Of a stretch of 64,000 nt of DNA, positions 60,619 through 64,000 are shown piece after piece. The translations under genes and the position numbers were made by a program. Origin of the DNA: Spirochaetia bacterium (GTDB taxonomy: Bacteria > Spirochaetota > Spirochaetia > SZUA-6 > Bin103); the NCBI GenBank assembly GCA_965199955.1, contig CBDATQ010000001.1, positions 2,293,537 to 2,357,536 on the forward strand, written 5' to 3'. Below the pieces are notes generated by a model. The model was not told where the DNA came from, searched no databases, and worked only from the letters and a program-made list of their open reading frames with translations. Position 1 is the first letter of the stretch, and each line of letters opens with the position of its first letter.

Positions 60619-61541
60619 GGCAGCAGTTCGGACAGATACACCAGCTTGAATCCGGCCTGCTCGATCTCGGCGAGCCGCCGTTCCAGGACGGAGAGGACCA
60701 CGCGGTTGGTCACGTGGCCGATGAGGATCGCGCTGCCCTGCTCCAGGGCGATCGCCATTCCGCGGTCGATCGCCGAGCTCACCGTCGCCTCGTCGACGCG
60801 CACGTCCAGAAACACGTCGCGGCTGAGGAACGGCACCCCGTGGCGCATGGCCGCCTCCTCGGCCACCGATTCCGCGGTGGTACGGCTGTCCAGGAAGAAC
60901 CGGCCGGTCCGCTTCAGGTACGCCATCAGCGTGTCCATGATGAGCGGGTCGGCGGTGGCCCGTGATCCCATGTGGTTGTTGGCGCCGCGCGTGACCACGG
61001 ATCTGAAGTGGCGCTCCAGCAGACTGATCACGTCGGGCTGGTCGTAGCCCACCCTGATCGCACCCGGTCCCGGGTCGGAAGGTCCGTTCGGCTCCATCGG
61101 GAGGTGCAGGATCACCTCCTTGCCCGCCTGCATCCCGCGCTCGACGACCTGCTCGCTGTAGACGAGCTGGGGCAGCACGGCGACGGTCAGCTTGCCGGGG
61201 AAGCGCAGGTAGGCTTCGGCGTCGGCCATGTTGTAGCCGGCGTCATCGACCACGAACGCCAGTGGGATCGGCGGTCCGTCGTGGCGCGGCGTGCGAAGGT
61301 GCGAACGGCCGGCGGAATGCCCCGGCGCGGCAGGGCTCCGGGGCGCCGGGGCCAGAGGAAGGTCGAGGCCGGGCAACGCCGGCTCGGTGGCGGGCGCCGC
61401 CAGCGGAGCCGGGGCGGTGCCGCTTCCGGGAGGAATGACCAACAGGATACCGATCGCCAGCGCGCCGGCTCCCACGATTCCGGCAGCACGTACCCACGTG
61501 AGCTGAGAGGAACGCTTCTTCGGTGCCTTCTTGTGTTTCAA
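60612..61541 (-). CDS. Divergent polysaccharide deacetylase family protein (YibQ-like)
   Basis: VVDDAGY, LHLPMEP, NNHMGS, FFLDSRT, RDVFLD, LIGH. Confidence 0.93.
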   Translation of the reverse strand: MKHKKAPKKRSSQLTWVRAAGIVGAGALAIGILLVIPPGSGTAPAPLAAPATEPALPGLDLPLAPAPRSPAAPGHSAGRSHLRTPRHDGPPIPLAFVVDDAGYNMADAEAYLRFPGKLTVAVLPQLVYSEQVVERGMQAGKEVILHLPMEPNGPSDPGPGAIRVGYDQPDVISLLERHFRSVVTRGANNHMGSRATADPLIMDTLMAYLKRTGRFFLDSRTTAESVAEEAAMRHGVPFLSRDVFLDVRVDEATVSSAIDRGMAIALEQGSAILIGHVTNRVVLSVLERRLAEIEQAGFKLVYLSELLPQ

Positions 61542-61675
61542 GCAGACTCACTCCAGGGAGGTCGTGCGGATCGGCACGCACTCGACGGGCCTGTGTCGCT
61601 TATCGGCATCGGCACCGCCCGCGTTGACGGCCCCACGTGCGTAGCGGCCTGCTGCGCTGCCATTGATCCGCTATC

Positions 61676-62974
61676 ATGGTTCGCGCTGTGCCCCGGTCCA
61701 CCGAGTTCGAGCGAATCGTCACACTGGATGCGGCCAACATCAAGTTCGGTCCCGGCGCCACCGCCGAGACCGGCTTCGAAGCCCGGCGCCTCGGGCTTGC
61801 GCGGGTGCTGGTGCTCACCGATCCCGGACTCCGGGACGGGCCGCAGGTAGCCGCCGCGCTGGCCTCCCTGGACGACAGCGGCGTGGCCTGGACGGTGTAC
61901 GACCGGGTGCGCGTCGAGCCCACCGACCGCTCCTTTCGGGAAGCGGTTCGGGCGGCGGACCGCGGAGGCTACGACGGCTTCGTGGCGGTCGGCGGAGGCT
62001 CGGTCATCGACACGGCGAAGGCGGCCAACCTGTACCACACCCATCCGGCCGACTTCCTGGACTACGTCAATGCGCCCATCGGCCGCGGCCGGCCGGTGCC
62101 GGGCCCGCTGAAACCGCTCATCGCGGTGCCGACCACCGCCGGCACCGGCAGCGAGACCACTGGCGTGGCGATCTTCGACCTGGAGGAGCTGCACGCCAAG
62201 ACCGGCATCGCGCACCGCGCCCTCAAGCCGACGGTCGGGATCGTCGATCCCGACAACACCCGCACGCTGCCGCCGCTGGCGGCAGCGTGCACGGGGCTGG
62301 ACGTGCTCAGCCACGCGATCGAGTCCTACACCGCCCTGCCCTACACCCGCCGGCCCGCGCCGGACGATCCGGCCCTGCTGCGGCCCGCGTACCAGGGCAG
62401 CAACCCGATGAGCGACGTCTGGTCGGCCCGCGCCATCGAGATGGTGGCCGCCAACCTGCCGGCCGCCATGGACGGGGACGCGGCGTCGCAGGCGCAGATG
62501 CTGCTGGCCGCCACCTTTGCAGGCGTAGGCTTCGGCAACGCCGGCGTCCACCTCCCGCACGGGATGTCGTATCCGGTGTCCAGCAACGTGCGCGACTTCC
62601 ACCCGGAGGGTTATCCCGACGACCATCCACTCATCCCGCACGGCATGTCGGTGATCCTGAACGCCCCGGCGGTCTTCCGCTGGACTGCCGCAGCCGACCC
62701 TCACCGCCATCTGCGGGCGGCGGCGCTGATGGGGGCCGGCGTCACCGGCATCAGCCCGGACGCCGCGGGCCAGGCGACGGCGGACGCGATCATCGGTCTG
62801 ATGCGGCGCACCGGCATGCCCAACGGCCTGTCCGGGGTGGGCTACACGCCGGCCGACGTCGACACGCTGGTGCGCGGCACGCTGCCCCAGCACCGGGTGA
62901 CCAAGCTCTCCCCCCGCCCCTTCGACGAAGCGGACCTGCGGGGACTGTTCGAACGCGCGATGAGCTACTGGTGA
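61676..62974 (+). CDS. Hydroxyacid-oxoacid transhydrogenase (ADHFE1-like Fe-ADH)
   Basis: GGGSVIDTAK, DYVNAPIG, PTTAGTGSE, RPAYQGSNP, GVHLPHGMSY. Confidence 0.92.
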   Translation: MVRAVPRSTEFERIVTLDAANIKFGPGATAETGFEARRLGLARVLVLTDPGLRDGPQVAAALASLDDSGVAWTVYDRVRVEPTDRSFREAVRAADRGGYDGFVAVGGGSVIDTAKAANLYHTHPADFLDYVNAPIGRGRPVPGPLKPLIAVPTTAGTGSETTGVAIFDLEELHAKTGIAHRALKPTVGIVDPDNTRTLPPLAAACTGLDVLSHAIESYTALPYTRRPAPDDPALLRPAYQGSNPMSDVWSARAIEMVAANLPAAMDGDAASQAQMLLAATFAGVGFGNAGVHLPHGMSYPVSSNVRDFHPEGYPDDHPLIPHGMSVILNAPAVFRWTAAADPHRHLRAAALMGAGVTGISPDAAGQATADAIIGLMRRTGMPNGLSGVGYTPADVDTLVRGTLPQHRVTKLSPRPFDEADLRGLFERAMSYW

Positions 62975-62978
62975 GCGG

Positions 62979-64000
62979 TCAGATCCTGACCGGCCGACCC
63001 GAAGCCGCCGACTCGTAGCCGGCCATCAGCACCTCCACGTGATGCAGGGCGTCGCGGGCGGTCACCTCCGGACGTACGCCTGAGTCCAGGCAGTCCAGGA
63101 ACGCCTCGATGTCGGAACGCTCGTCGCGGTCCAGGGAGACCCGCCGGTCCCTGGGCGGCGGCTGCGTCTCCCGTATCGTCGAGGCCCACATCTGCATCGG
63201 GTCGTAGGGATGCACCGGGGCGGTGGTCGCGACCGATTCGGTGTTGTAGATCTCGATGTGCGGCTCGGAGCCCGCGAACGTCGCCAGCCCCTCCTCGCCC
63301 ACCAGGGTGACGCGCCGCTCGCCCACCTGCGGGTGGCACGGCATGCCGATGCGTCCCGCGCAGGCGGTGGCGACGGTGCCGTCGTCGAGCGTCAGCAGCA
63401 GCGCTCCGTAGTCCTCGATCCCCAGCCCGGCATGCTCGGCGAAGAAGTAGTTGCCGGTCACGCCGCGGACCGAGGTGACGCGCCGGCCGGTCAGCCAATG
63501 GATGAGGGCCACCGGGTACACGCCCATGTCGAACAGCTCGCGCTTCGCCGCGACGTGGGTGAAGGTGCCGTCCGATCCGTGCTCGCGGCGGACGGTGCCC
63601 TCGGGCACCGTGCCGGGGCGGCCCTTGGCCATCAGCATGTCGGCGTGCACGGCTGCGATCCGGCCCAGCGTCCCCGAGCGGACGGCGGCCTTGGCCTCCT
63701 GCGCCCAAGGGCTGTGCACGGTGGTGAGCATCTGCGTGACCACCCCGGCGGCATCGGCGGCATCGGCGATGCCGCGCGCGTCCTCCACGCTGCCGGCCAA
63801 GGGCTTGTCCAGGAAGAGATGCTTGCCGCTCGCCAGCACCGCCTGCGCCACGCGCGCGCGCCGTTCGACGTCGACGCAGCTCACGACCACGTCCACCCCC
63901 GGCAGCGCCAGCGCCTCCGGCAGCGACCGGTACGGCACCGCAAGCTCCGCGGCGAGCAGCCGATTCAGTCCCTCGCGATACTGCGAGATCCCGCTCTCGT
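62979..64000 (-). CDS. Gfo/Idh/MocA oxidoreductase, 5'-truncated by window edge
   Basis: GKHLFLDKPLA, DMGVYP; frame stays open to the window end. Confidence 0.88.
   Translation of the reverse strand, partial: ESGISQYREGLNRLLAAELAVPYRSLPEALALPGVDVVVSCVDVERRARVAQAVLASGKHLFLDKPLAGSVEDARGIADAADAAGVVTQMLTTVHSPWAQEAKAAVRSGTLGRIAAVHADMLMAKGRPGTVPEGTVRREHGSDGTFTHVAAKRELFDMGVYPVALIHWLTGRRVTSVRGVTGNYFFAEHAGLGIEDYGALLLTLDDGTVATACAGRIGMPCHPQVGERRVTLVGEEGLATFAGSEPHIEIYNTESVATTAPVHPYDPMQMWASTIRETQPPPRDRRVSLDRDERSDIEAFLDCLDSGVRPEVTARDALHHVEVLMAGYESAASGRPVRI

Overview
High-GC bacterial chromosome segment, most likely from a Spirochaetota genome. This is inferred from the ~912-aa GreA, the spirochaete-type LepB and PEGA-FGE/smpB block, and the tamB-bamA-skp-mutS-comF-rimP-nusA-infB-rbfA-truB-rpsO-pnp-lptFG-tgt-murJ order, which resembles Borrelia/Treponema. 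Most of the window is core genome (translation, DNA repair, envelope biogenesis, tmRNA). A small accessory patch at the left end holds a decayed sulfatase, a PIN remnant, and crtI-crtB plus a His-rich membrane protein. Most notable observations: (1) a small exported protein with a TonB-box-like motif plus an ExbB-ExbD-TonB motor (very long Glu-Pro linker), translationally coupled to tamB-bamA with no TonB-dependent receptor in the window; (2) a ~100-bp two-hairpin dispersed repeat in two copies, both at TAG stop codons, one apparently supplying the ruvX start codon; (3) a separate CTAG-flanked MITE, also at a stop codon; (4) a sigma54-activator homologue lacking GAFTGA, the Walker B Glu and a sensor domain; (5) many 13-21 bp tandem duplications at gene start/stop junctions. 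No CRISPR array, integrase or transposase was seen. All calls come from reading motifs by eye; no database searches were run.
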